Positions 34,796-46,500 of a stretch of DNA of 64,000 nt are shown here, one piece after another. This stretch comes from Paraphysomonas bandaiensis (taxonomy: Eukaryota; Protista; Chrysophyceae). The stretch is from the NCBI GenBank assembly GCA_965644295.1, contig CBFFRP010000219.1, positions 62,001 to 126,000 of the forward strand, read 5' to 3'. Position numbers and translations under genes: made by a program. The notes under the pieces were generated by a model. The model was not told where the DNA came from. It searched no databases and worked only from the letters and a program-made list of their open reading frames with translations. The stretch's first letter is position 1. Every line of letters begins with the position of its first letter.

Positions 34796-35158
34796 ACCAA
34801 ATGAATAAACTCTGCGTCTTGTAGAAGTAATATTTCAACACAATCCTTCAGGAATCAATATGTACATATATATGCACAGGTCACGTCAACACTGATCGCT
34901 TTCATCCTACGTCCTCATATCATATGCAGGTATACATACATAATATACACACACCAAAAGAAGACTGAGAGAAGTCCTCTACACGAATCCCTAGTCCGGA
35001 CAAGACGAGGAAGAGGGAAGATTCTTCTGCTCGAGGAAGGAATACAGTTGAACTACATGAACTACGTGGCGTGTTGAAATCTTCCTATAAACATATTGCT
35101 GCTCCTGATGTCATGTACAATGTACAGTACTGTACAATAGCCGTACAGCAGTGGCCAC

Positions 35159-35298
35159 TGTGCATATCGATTTCATCGATTTGTTCATCGTTTATTTCAT
35201 CGAAAAATCATCGTTTTTTCATTAAAAAGTCACTTTTTTTCACTTTTCACTGAAAAAACGATGATTTTTCGATGAAATAAATGAAATCGATATGCACA
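35159..35298. repeat. Long inverted repeat (palindromic, MITE-like or regulatory)
   Basis: Perfect 31-bp arms at 35191-35221 and 35251-35281, plus perfect 18-bp outer arms at 35159-35176 and 35281-35298. Confidence 0.9.
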
Positions 35299-35830
35299 AC
35301 CACCCCCTGTGCAGCCTCATATACAACATCTAGACATGTCCAGAGGAAGGATCGCACACTAGAATTCACCTGAACGGGGAAGTGGCAAATCCATTGTGGC
35401 AAATAAATAAAACGGGACGATGAATGCTCAGCAAACTACGTCCTATCAAACAATCAATTTGACAGCTCCGATGGATTAGTTTAGTATAAATAGCAAAGAG
35501 TTGAAGATACACAAGAGAGAGGTTTGTCGTAAATGTAGATTTCGATTTCGTCCACTTCAGACAAATAACTAATTGGTATTTATTTGTAAGAAATATGATG
35601 TGTTGTAAATTACGAAATTAATTACAGCATGAATTAGGGATGTTGCGAAGTAGTGGTATTGAATAGCTTGGTATAACATTGCAGTTCTTCCACTATGAAT
35701 GTTAGAAGTAATATACTTCAATAAAGATAATCAAAATATTATTTAGTAATCATATGATTAATATTCTCGAGTTGTATATATAAAAATATAGAGTGTAAAG
35801 TTTACTTGCCCACACTCTGTGTTGCAGTAG

Positions 35831-36120
35831 AGATACAAAATCCTCCTCCACAAAGTTCTGAAGAGCCCTATCCTAAGGGGTGTTCTTCTGACAGATCCTT
35901 CTGTATTTCATAGACTAATGTCCGCAAAGAGTTTCCCCCTCACACACAACAACGGAGGTGGTTGCACTTTGGTGCTTCTGTAGCGCTAAATAGTAGGATA
36001 TGGGAATTTGTACTAGGTTAGTTACAGGTGGAGGTCGATCTAGCTTGACTATTGTACTTCATCTAACTACTTATCTGGTTTCGGTTCTTGACGCGAACTG
36101 CTAATAATAAGACTTTCATA
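35831..36120 (+). mobile_element. 5'-truncated non-LTR retroelement (LINE-like 3' end)
   Basis: Perfect 14-bp TSD ctgtgttgcagtag (35817-35830 and 36121-36134). The shared 3' tail ends ctaataataagactttcata. Confidence 0.85.
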
Positions 36121-36533
36121 CTGTGTTGCAGTAGTACTTTAGTAGTTTGATTGACTCCGATACAGGTCTCTATAAATATTTTCTCATGAGAACTTATACT
36201 ATAAAATGTGACTCTAAACAAGCCTGAGGGGGTGGCGACGGAACTCATATTTCTATGACAGACTCAATGATAAACTTAAGTACAAAGAGGTGGCATGCAT
36301 TCTGTTATATTATATACTCACAAGAGTGATTACAATAAGCCATTCTGCATCGAAAAAAAATACAAGTGCATAGTAACATATAAGTTGAACAGATTTCACA
36401 ATCTGACGAACATTAAGTGCAAGCGTATAAAACACTCATGTGCTATACGACATGACGAGACATAAATATATAAAATACAGTACGTAAAATATATCATGAC
36501 ACATATTCTTAAATATGTAGTGTCATAGATCCA

Positions 36534-37358
36534 TTACTGTGTGACCTCCACCCTGTTGTGTGACCCATAGTACGATATGGTGTTTCTGCTCATGAGTTCG
36601 TCACTCTGGTATGTAACCAAATAAGAACAATGTACTTTAGACGAGAAGCGTGAGCTTCTCTGCGAAAGTCCAAAAAATGAGAATAATTTCTGGACTATAA
36701 CAGGATAAACACTGGGTTCGTCAGTGTATGAATCGACAAATGATGATGACATCGACGACGCGCTTTCACGTGTGGATTGCACGCACTTGTGCTTGATAGA
36801 AAGTGTTGCGGTCGTTTCATCTTGCAACTTCAAAAACGGGAGCATCTGTCTTTGAACCTTATCGTGCATATCGAAGTATGATTCTTCCCCGACAGTGACA
36901 TTGTAGTTGAGAATGGTGGACAGCAATACAATCTCTAAGCCGTTTACTCGTTCAATGTTTAAGCATTTGAAAAAAAGAGCAAACTCGCCGTTCCGCACTT
37001 TAGAATCACTATATAATTTAGAAGCTATCATCAGGCAAATTAAGAAACATGATCGCCAGTTCAAGTTGCATAACACAAAGCCACTACTATCTGAAGTGGC
37101 TGCTCTCTCCAGGTATATCAAAGCTATAACCAAATGTTCGTATTCCAGATTAGCTAGGTTTGATATGTTCGACAGTAGAAAATTAACTTCTGCAGGCGAA
37201 ATAACTGCGGATTTCTCGTTCTCACTAAATTCAGATACCAGCTTCCCTTTTCGGTTAAAGATGTTGTATTTTTCATGAGGCATGCTGCCTGATGACTTGT
37301 TTACTAAGTCAGAGACGATCTCACTCATTGCCACTGAGGCGTGATGGTTGAGATCCAT
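36534..37358 (-). CDS. Divergent cyclin-Y/PHO80-like cyclin
   Basis: HLVIALIYLER, NWRSCFLICLMIASK and RVNGLEIVLL form a cyclin box. An upstream exon is possible. Confidence 0.8.
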   Translation of the reverse strand: MDLNHHASVAMSEIVSDLVNKSSGSMPHEKYNIFNRKGKLVSEFSENEKSAVISPAEVNFLLSNISNLANLEYEHLVIALIYLERAATSDSSGFVLCNLNWRSCFLICLMIASKLYSDSKVRNGEFALFFKCLNIERVNGLEIVLLSTILNYNVTVGEESYFDMHDKVQRQMLPFLKLQDETTATLSIKHKCVQSTRESASSMSSSFVDSYTDEPSVYPVIVQKLFSFFGLSQRSSRFSSKVHCSYLVTYQSDELMSRNTISYYGSHNRVEVTQ

Positions 37359-37972
37359 CTCATATACTTATCACTTCGGCAGATTAACACAGTTAAGGCA
37401 TATCTAGCCTTGACGTGTTTCAAAGCACTGATAACATGCGGGATCCGAATCGTAACTGCGGGTGTACCTTCTCTCTGCTCTTGAACAACTTCCGTGAACC
37501 ACGGAAATAGAAGTCTCGTACGATCCTGTCTATGCGACCAATGACAAGCTGTGCTACTGATTTGGTTCGATGAAGTACGCATGCATACGACTACGGGCTA
37601 CTCAGTAGGTGTATTTGTACACTACTATAACGGTATTTCCTCAACTTGAAGTATAGTTGGATTACTCTGTACAACTCTGTATATACTACAGCTCGACAGT
37701 AATACTGTACTGCTGTAGTCGTCTGTGTGTGCTGCTGTACTACTGGTACAGCAGTACATATTCCTGCCACTGTATGTGGTATTGTATACAGAGTATATGG
37801 TATGTGGTATATAGCAGCTGTAGAGTGAAGTGAAGTGAGATGGTGCATGTTGCAACATGAGACAGATAGATGCCCATCGCTATAGTATGGTATGAGTAGC
37901 AGCAGTTGAGCTGATTGTATATTAATCAACCCGATTCTATCATTCATTACCAGTGACTTATACTTACGTCCA

Positions 37973-40900
37973 ATGGTCTCCTATAGTATAGACGATTCGC
38001 TCATAGACAGTCTCGAATTGGTCAAGAGACGCTCGTGGTACTTCAGGCTTGATGTGATGCCATTCAGTGTGGCGTACATCATATCTCTGGCCTTGTTTTG
38101 GTCTCAACCTTTTAAGGTGAGGTTATTGTGATAACACCCTTCCACACGCCTGATACTCGTCATGCAGACTATAGGGATGGTCGTCACTCCTCTGGTTCTT
38201 GCTGTACAGATAGTTGTTTTTATTGTGTCACAGTTTTCGATTTCTGTTAAAAGTAAACTCGGTTACGAGGCTGCAAAAAGTGCGAAGCAGGCTGATTATG
38301 TGCTCGTAAAAGCAGCTAAGAACTGCGGCAAGGATAGAATAGTCGAATTATTTCATCGCGATTGTGCTCGTTCAGTTTCTGTGGCAGATTATAGATTTTC
38401 GTCATCGACAACACATTTTGAGTTCCAGAAGGTGCATTATAACTATAACTCTGACAGCGATACGTTCATAAGGCGTCGATATCCTGCATCTGGCACTATA
38501 GTCAACTATTGCTCCTCTACTGGTTTAAAATCAGATGGGGATGTTGTCTCGGCGCTTCAGATTTGGGGCAGGAATGATTTTGATATCCCAATTCCAGATT
38601 TTCTCGATATATATGCGGTATGAATATCATCGTACTTCTTCTTCATGTGTCTAATATATATGCTTCAGGAACACTTGGTTGCCCCTTTCTTTGTGTTTCA
38701 GGTGCTGTGCTTGTTGCTGTGGAGTTTAGATGACTACTGGTACTACAGTGTATTCACACTGGTAATGCTGATGGGATTCGAGGGTGCACTTGCGAAACAG
38801 CGCCTCAATAGCCTTCAGATGCTACGGGAAATGAGGCGGGAAGCTACTCGCGTATACGTATATCGGTGTGGGCGATGGTCGCAGATATCGTCGGAGGCTT
38901 TAATTCCTGGAGATGTAATCTCTCTGCACTCTAAGACAGGAGGTAACTTTGCTACGAAGATCTACGGTGTCAATATAATGCGCACGATACTCTGTGTTCA
39001 GGAATCACGCGTTTCGGGACTAGTAGGGAGCAGACAGTTCCCTGCGATGCTGTCTTGATCAGGGGCAGTTGTGTTGTTAATGAGGCAATGCTAACAGGGG
39101 AGAGTGTTCCTCAAGTGAAGGAATCTCTTCGCCTAGCCTCCGCAGAGGATGTAAACGAAACTAAGTTAGTTAATTTCGACAATGGTGACGGTCAGCTCGC
39201 AGACCAATGGAAGCGTCATATGATATATAGTGGCACTGTCATCTCACAGTACTCAGAATCCCTTGCTGATGAAGAGGCAATGGTGCGAGCAAGTGGTAAA
39301 GGTGAATCCTCTGCAGTTATTCAAGCCAGACAAAAATTCTAATTGTGTGTGTGACAGGGTTTTCAGTTCCACGGGCTCCGGATATGGGCTGCCAAGCTGT
39401 GGTTATTCGTACAGGGTTTGGAACCAGTCAGGTCTGCCCAACTGTGATGTTTGTAGCTATTTGACCTAGTTGATAGGGTGGACTAATGAGAAAAATATTA
39501 TTTGCTAACGAAAGGGTGTCAACTAATTCGAATGAGACTTTTTTATTCATTGGTTGTTTGATGGTGTTTGCCATCATATCATCAACTGTGGTCCTGCAGG
39601 CGGGCCTCCAGGATGAGTCCAGAAATCAATTCAAACTCATCTTGCACTGTATTATGATTATTACCTCTGTTGTGCCCCCCGAACTACCAATGGAATTAAG
39701 TTTGGCAGTGACAACTTCTTTAGCAGCTTTGGCCAAGTCGCTGGTATACTGTACGGAACCCTTTCGTATTCCTCTTGCAGGCCAAGTTAACGTGCTCTGC
39801 TTCGATAAAACAGGTATGCTGCATGTGAGGCTGTACCTGTTGCGACTATGCAGTGTGTTTTTCTGAGTGTACTCTTCAGGCACGCTCACACAAGATACCA
39901 TGAATCTACGTGGTGTTGTAGACCCTCAACCGGTGGCAGTTGTTGACGAACTAATGGACACCTTGTCGGATGATGTCGAAGATGTTTCATCTGCGAATAC
40001 TGCATTAGAAGCACCCGAGGAATGCAACAACGGGATTTTAACTATAATGGCGTCATGCCAATCCTTGATATATTCATCTGATACAGGTGTTTTAGGTAAG
40101 ATTACGTATACTTTTGGATGTTAATTTCAAGTCCATCAATAAATACCTCTGTGCAGGCGATCCACTAGAAGTAGAAAGCTTCAAGAATTCTGGCTTCGAG
40201 GTTAATTCAACCACTGCGTCTGTTACCTCAATTTCACACCCCAGTCGAGGTGTAAGTGTCAGGACTTTGCATAAGTATCCCTTTTCCTCTTCCCTAAAAC
40301 GTATGAGTGTTGTGGTGGACGTAAAGAGCAGTCGAAAAACCTCTACTTTTACTAGATTTGTATACACGAAAGGTGCACCCGAAGTGGTTCAGTCGTTCCT
40401 TAGTGAAGTGCCCAATAACTTTGAAGCGACTTACCTTCATCATATGAGCAAAGGCCGACGAGTGATTGCTTTAGCATACAAGGTATTATCTGATGATTCG
40501 ACATCTTCAGTATCAGGGCACACCCTTTCTCGAGCATCTGTAGAATGTGATCTTAAGTTTGCTGGGTTCCTTGTGTTTGACAGTGCCCTCAAAAGTGACA
40601 CAAAGGGTGTGATGAAAGATTTGCGCGGGACTGGTGTATCGATTATAATGATCACTGGTGACAGCGCATACACTGCGGCAGATGTGAGCCGGAAGCTGTT
40701 TATCATTCCTAAGGAAAAACCGCTCCTTATTCTTGAAGCTATTCCTGTGTTAGATGGTGCATGTGAAAAGCAACATTGTGTGGCATGGAAGCGTGTTCAT
40801 TTAGGTAACAAAGAGGACGGAAAAGAGAACTCTGAGAGAATTTATTTTGATCCTGTAAACGTCGCAGTTCTTTCACAGGAACACAGCCTGTGTGTTACGG

Positions 40901-42212
40901 GTTCGGCGCTGCAAGCCCTGGAGTCATTCCGCTACCAAGAGTTTTCGTACGCCGCCCTGATGAAACTTTTATGTCCATGTGTCAAGGTGTTCGCACGTGT
41001 TAGTCCAGACCAGAAAGAGAAAGTACTTGTTGCTCTCAATGACTCTGGATTATGTACGCTGATGTGTGGAGATGGTAAGTTATTGACGTCATGCGTAAAC
41101 TATCCTCATATATTTTTTAGGAACTAACGGTACGATGCGCCATTAGTTGTTATTTATGTCCATTATATTGGTTCGTTTTATTAGATGTGGGTGCACTCAA
41201 GGCTGCTCATGTTGGCGTGTCAGTTATCAACGACCCTGAACTAGAGAAGAGAGTGGAAAAGGTTTCGTCTTCGGATGCGAAGAAGGTAGAAGTCGTAAAG
41301 TATAATTAAGTGTCGATAATGTGGCGTCGTATATAGAAGAAGCAGAAATCTTCTTCTCGAGACCGCGCAGCTCGTGCTCTAGCTGAGATTGAACAGCAAC
41401 AGACGGATCCAACGATAGTACAGCTTGGTGATGCTTCTATAGCGTCTCCTTTCACGGCTAGACGTACCTCTATCGATAGCGTACTTACTGTACTGCGACA
41501 GGGTCGGTGCTCACAAGTCACTACCATACAGGTACAACACTCGTAACGTACCAACGTGATTGACAGAGTGATACAGGTCTATAAAATCTTGGCTCTGAAC
41601 TGCTTGGTGTCTGCATATATGATGTCGTCACTGTATCTAAGGGGGTTGAAACAAGGGGATATGCAGATGACTGCATCTGGACTTGCAACTGCAGGCCTCT
41701 TCTTTTTCATATCTCGTGCGAAGCCGCTTCCCAAGTTGTCATATCAAAAACCGCCTTGTAGTGTGTTCACTGTATCGGTTATGGGTTCGATTGTTGGGCA
41801 ATTTTTAACACACTTTTTGAGTCTTCTTGCTGTGCTTTATCTATGCGATTCGTATGATATTCATACGGATGCCTCGAAACCGATTCCCGATTCCCGGTTT
41901 CAACCCAACTTGTTCAACTCCTCTATATATATACTGTCAACGACTATTATGATCAATAATTTTATCGTTAATTACAGGGGGAACCCATTTACAGAAAGCA
42001 TTTGGGATAATACGTACTTGTGTCGGAGTTTGCAATTCATTTATGCCGTCATAGCTCTCTTAGTGTCTGACATTTTTGAGCCGCTGAGTGATTATTTGCA
42101 ACTTGTTCATTTCCCTTCTATAGAATTTCAGTATATGCTAGGGTTAATCTTAGTATCTAATCTTCTCGTGGCCTATGGTATAGAGAAGTTTTTTCAAAGA
42201 TTTGAATCGTGA
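37973..42212 (+). CDS. ATP13A1: P5A-type ATPase (ATP13A1/Spf1)
   Basis: [35 protein letters not shown]|TLT, MITGD, CGD|GTN|DVGALK and [11 protein letters not shown]. Multi-exon. Confidence 0.95.
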
Positions 42213-42344
42213 GAACTATATCCAATCTTAGGTGTTAATGATGGTAATAATAAGTATAGTGTACCATTTTTACCGCCAAAGTAGAAAGCAGCGAGTTTGG
42301 AGACAAATTAGAAGGGCCTCCTCTCGTGGTGTTGGAAAAACACG

Positions 42345-42764
42345 TAGTGAATGTCTTATTACTAGCAGTAGAGGCGTGTAAGAGTCAGTGCTTAACTCTG
42401 ATATCCTACTATATTTAACGCTTCGAAGGCTGCTTGTGCGTCTCCACAAGCACCAAGCATCAAGGTGCAATCACTTTCGCTCTATCACTCAAAGCAAACG
42501 CAGTGAGCAAGCAGAATGTCTTTAGTGTTATTAAAGGTGAACAGCCCGGATTGTGGTGGGCGGTGGGCCCATTCCCGGTTGTCTGTTTATTCATCAAGGC
42601 CCAGACGTCTCTACACAAGCTACCCTTATAGTAGTGTCCCTTGTATCACACAAGCATTTGGCTATAAGTGGACAGAATATTATATGCTGACTATATATTA
42701 TTATACATGCGACTCACGTTAGTTTCCCGGAGAAATATTTCAGGTATGTATCTCTCAGAACACC
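42345..42764 (-). mobile_element. Retroelement copy (long body, tail B), reverse orientation
   Basis: Reverse complement is homologous to 27725-28164. Confidence 0.75.
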
Positions 42765-43237
42765 CATGTCCTTACGTTGTATGCTAGATACTTGGGACAT
42801 AGTCCTTCCCAAGTTAAATTGAATTTGAAGTACTTTTTATGTCTTTATGTTGCAAAAATAGGTGTTACGTGAAGGGATTATAACACGACGATAATGATAA
42901 AGTGCTGCAGTTAGTAGTTAGTAGTATGAGATGAAAGATAGGTAATTGTTAAAGGTTAAGGCCAGCAGGAATAGGATCAGAGTTAGTAAAGTTGCAAAGC
43001 TATATTAGTTCTGGCTCATGCACGCCCCAGTAATATAAGACAATAAGACATTCTCTACGCCACATACACTCAGTTCAGTAGATATGTAAATATGAATTAA
43101 TTGTTGTGTTTGTTTTGATACTCTGAAAGCCATTAATATGTTATGTGATGTGAGAAGTATCTTAGACTGGCACAATGCGTAATCAATGGATATATATGAA
43201 CGACTAGGTTTAACACTAAAATTAACTATTACTTGGT

Positions 43238-43313
43238 CGTATGTCTAGCATTCAACTAGCCACTACATTGGTGCAGGTTTTACGCCTATTGTTAAATAAT
43301 AAGACTTTCAATA
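43238..43313 (+). mobile_element. Extremely 5'-truncated (76 bp) retroelement 3' tail
   Basis: Perfect 11-bp TSD tattacttggt (43227-43237 and 43314-43324) around ...gcctattgttaaataataagactttcaata. Confidence 0.85.
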
Positions 43314-43586
43314 TATTACTTGGTATTCACACCAAAATTAGTGTGACGAGGTGGAATAATAGGCTAAGATAGCGCACCTAATAAAATTGTCGTTCCATTT
43401 TCATTTGCGGTTGAGTAAAAATTCACCAACAGTTGACTATAACTTCCATTCTCAATTATTAAATACGAACTTCAAATTGCTATAAATGAGGTATTACTGT
43501 GTATTCATTGCTTCTCCAACATATCATTTCTTGGTATCATAGTACACACATACTGTACGAGCAGTACCAATGAGTGACAACAATTT

Positions 43587-46500
43587 CTACTTGAGCGCAG
43601 CAAGTTTTTCAAGTCGAGATTGCGCAGCAGCCTGATACAAAACAAATTATAATATGACATTTTCACAAGTTTTCCTTACCGTAGGGCCGGTCTTTCCTTG
43701 AACAGACACTCTGGCTTCACCTCTATGGTGAGATTGACGATAAATAATACAGTACTGGGCGATTTCTTCGTTGAGAGGAGTCACCAGTTCCACTTCATAT
43801 GGTACACCGGAACCGTCAATGGCATCAAAGGTAAACCGAATACTGCTCGCCTTCACAGAAAATTTGCGAATTTCCAAATATCTAGCGGTAAACTGCACTT
43901 GAAGATCGTCAGATTCGCCGTTGATAAAATGCAGCCCACTCTCATCGACGCCCAAAATCACTTCGTCCGGTACATGAGATGTCTTACCTGGACTACATCC
44001 GCTACCCTTGATGCACATATACGTGTGCATACCTGCCGATGGCAAGGGTTCAAGGAGAGACAAATACTCTCGTTTTAGTTCGTCATCGTCACGATTAACA
44101 CACTTATGTAGAGCATCGGCAATTAATTTGCCCCAGTACTCCGGAGTTTGGGCCTCCTTCATTGATTCCGACACAAAATTCAGGCACCCCTGACCCAATG
44201 CAATATCAACACGCCCAGGAATGTATTCTGCTTCTGTAGCCAGCTGGATAGCAGCTAAATGTGCCATAGTTTTGTCATCAGGGATCTACAGAAATAGTAT
44301 TACAATAAAAACTAAGGCGGCCAAAAAAGTTACCTTGATGCTGTCATCAGCTACTCGCAGAGCAAGCTGAGTGAAAGTTAAATCTATCAGTGCCTGCATT
44401 TGTTCTTCAGTTTCTTCTTCATCTACATCACTCAGCTGGACAAATTGCGTCATTGAAGATGGACCAAGGAGCTTCCGTCGGATATAAAATTTTATCGGGC
44501 GGCCATACTTCTGCAACAGGGGCGCTTGGCATATGTCACCAATGAAAAAGTCCTTATCAGGAAGCAGCGTCATAGGTGCCAAAGCGTTGCTCTTCGTGGT
44601 TACAACATACAGTCCTAGTATACTGCGACGAGAGAGATGAATCCCAAGAATCTGGCAGAGAAGCATGATTAGAGCCTCCACGTCAACGTCCGGTGCCACC
44701 AACAGTTCTCCCAGTAGTAAATCATCAGGTGAGTACACCTTCGCAAGTGTTGGTAGACGCGCTGAGTATGCTTCAACAGCTTCTACATCCACCGTAAAGT
44801 TGATATTTTCAGGGTCAGTGTTGTGCATTGCTTGAATGCGGACAAGAGCATATGCTGCCATTTGCTGAATGGGAGTGGGATCAGCCCCTTGTGCCACTGA
44901 CTCCGCGTGACTCAACAAAAAGTTAAGAACGTAGTAGTACAAATCTGGCATTGGAGGAAACACATCGCAGCAAAGGCAGAGTACATGGAAAGCACGGGCC
45001 TGGGCATAGCTTGAAGGATTGCAATTGATCTGCTTTATTGCCTGGAGGTAGAGTTCATTCCGAAGCAATGGGTTGTTGACTCCAATTTGAAGGAAATCTA
45101 AAGCTTGAGAAGCCGGAAATGTAACAGCTTTGTCACCACAATAACCTAATAGACTCTTGAAAGCTATAATAGCATTCCTAAAAAAGATATCACGATAACT
45201 CAAAGTTAAGGACATATAGCGCATTACCTATTATCATCATTGCTGAGGTTCGTTAATGATCTTCCAATTGGTGATTTTTGATGCTTCAAAAAATTGTCCA
45301 TAATCTGGCACCCATTCTAAGTCTAAAAATAGGAAAGAAATAACAAGTACGCACTTTTCGTTTATTTAACATCGAGCCCTTCGCAAACTCCTCCGGGGTA
45401 CGAAGATTAACATAATTCGAAAATACATAAATCGGCTGCCTTGCCTCTTGGTAAAGCTCTTCCTATTGATGTAATAGCCTCTTTAAGTATGATGAGTCGC
45501 AACATAATGTCGCACCTTAGCTTGGTCAAATTTTTCCATCGTGAACTCCTCATCTGCCATAACTCGCTGCATGTCTGCACCTCCTGACTCGTCCTGCTGC
45601 CTCTTCAAAATTGCCGTAGCAATCGCAAATCCTAAAACCGCACCGATGATATAAGTTTATCACAAACGTTAGAGATAACCTTTAAAGTTTTTGAGGCCTG
45701 CATCAGCACTAGTTCGGAGCGCTTTCTTAATCTCCACAAGGGGGGTAAGGTCGCTTATTTGAGACAGCGTTCCCTGGGTACGGCAATGACTACAATTCTA
45801 CACAGTTAATGTCTCAATACCTGGAGTTCTAGTTGTTTAGTGGCAAGAGCAAGAGCATCCTCGGCTTGCTTTTTAAGCGATGTGGGCAGAACACTATCAT
45901 CCGACACCTCCACTTGCTTCAGGGCATTCCTCAGTGGTTCTATATCATCTTCACAAACTCCATTCTCCGACATACCCACAACCTCAAGATTCTTCATTGC
46001 AGACTTTAGTTCCTCCGCAATAGATGACCCTGCGGATAGTTTCGCATGCCTTGCTCGTGCGGCTTCAACAATTTCATCACTCAAACCTAGCTGAATCGCT
46101 TTATCGATAGCTTCGGAGAGTGTTTGGAGGTCGTTGGCTTCTGATAACAGTTTCTGTACGCCCGCAACGTTGCCTTCACGACCAACAAGAATACGTGCAT
46201 CATCAACAAATCTGCTAGCAATTTTTAACTCATCAGCGACCTGCAGCAATCGATCTAAAGCAAGCACATTCTTTGACTCAAGTGCAGTTTTAATCTCTTC
46301 CAAAATTTTGTCTTGTCTGACCAACTCATCACGCATACGTACAGCTGACGCAAGAGAATTAGAGCTGCCTCCAGTGGATACCTCAGCCTTAGCTATTGCG
46401 GCATTTAGAGCACTGACATCTTTCATTCGCATTGCTGCGACAAGGGCCATCTCAACATCCATTGCAATCCGCATTTTTTCGAGTACATCGTCAGCTTCTT

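Noticed and set aside
36534-37358. Intronless cyclin as a retrocopy of the WW-cyclin gene
   Set aside because: The cyclin box of the other gene also sits in a single exon, the two are highly diverged, and there is no TSD or poly(A).
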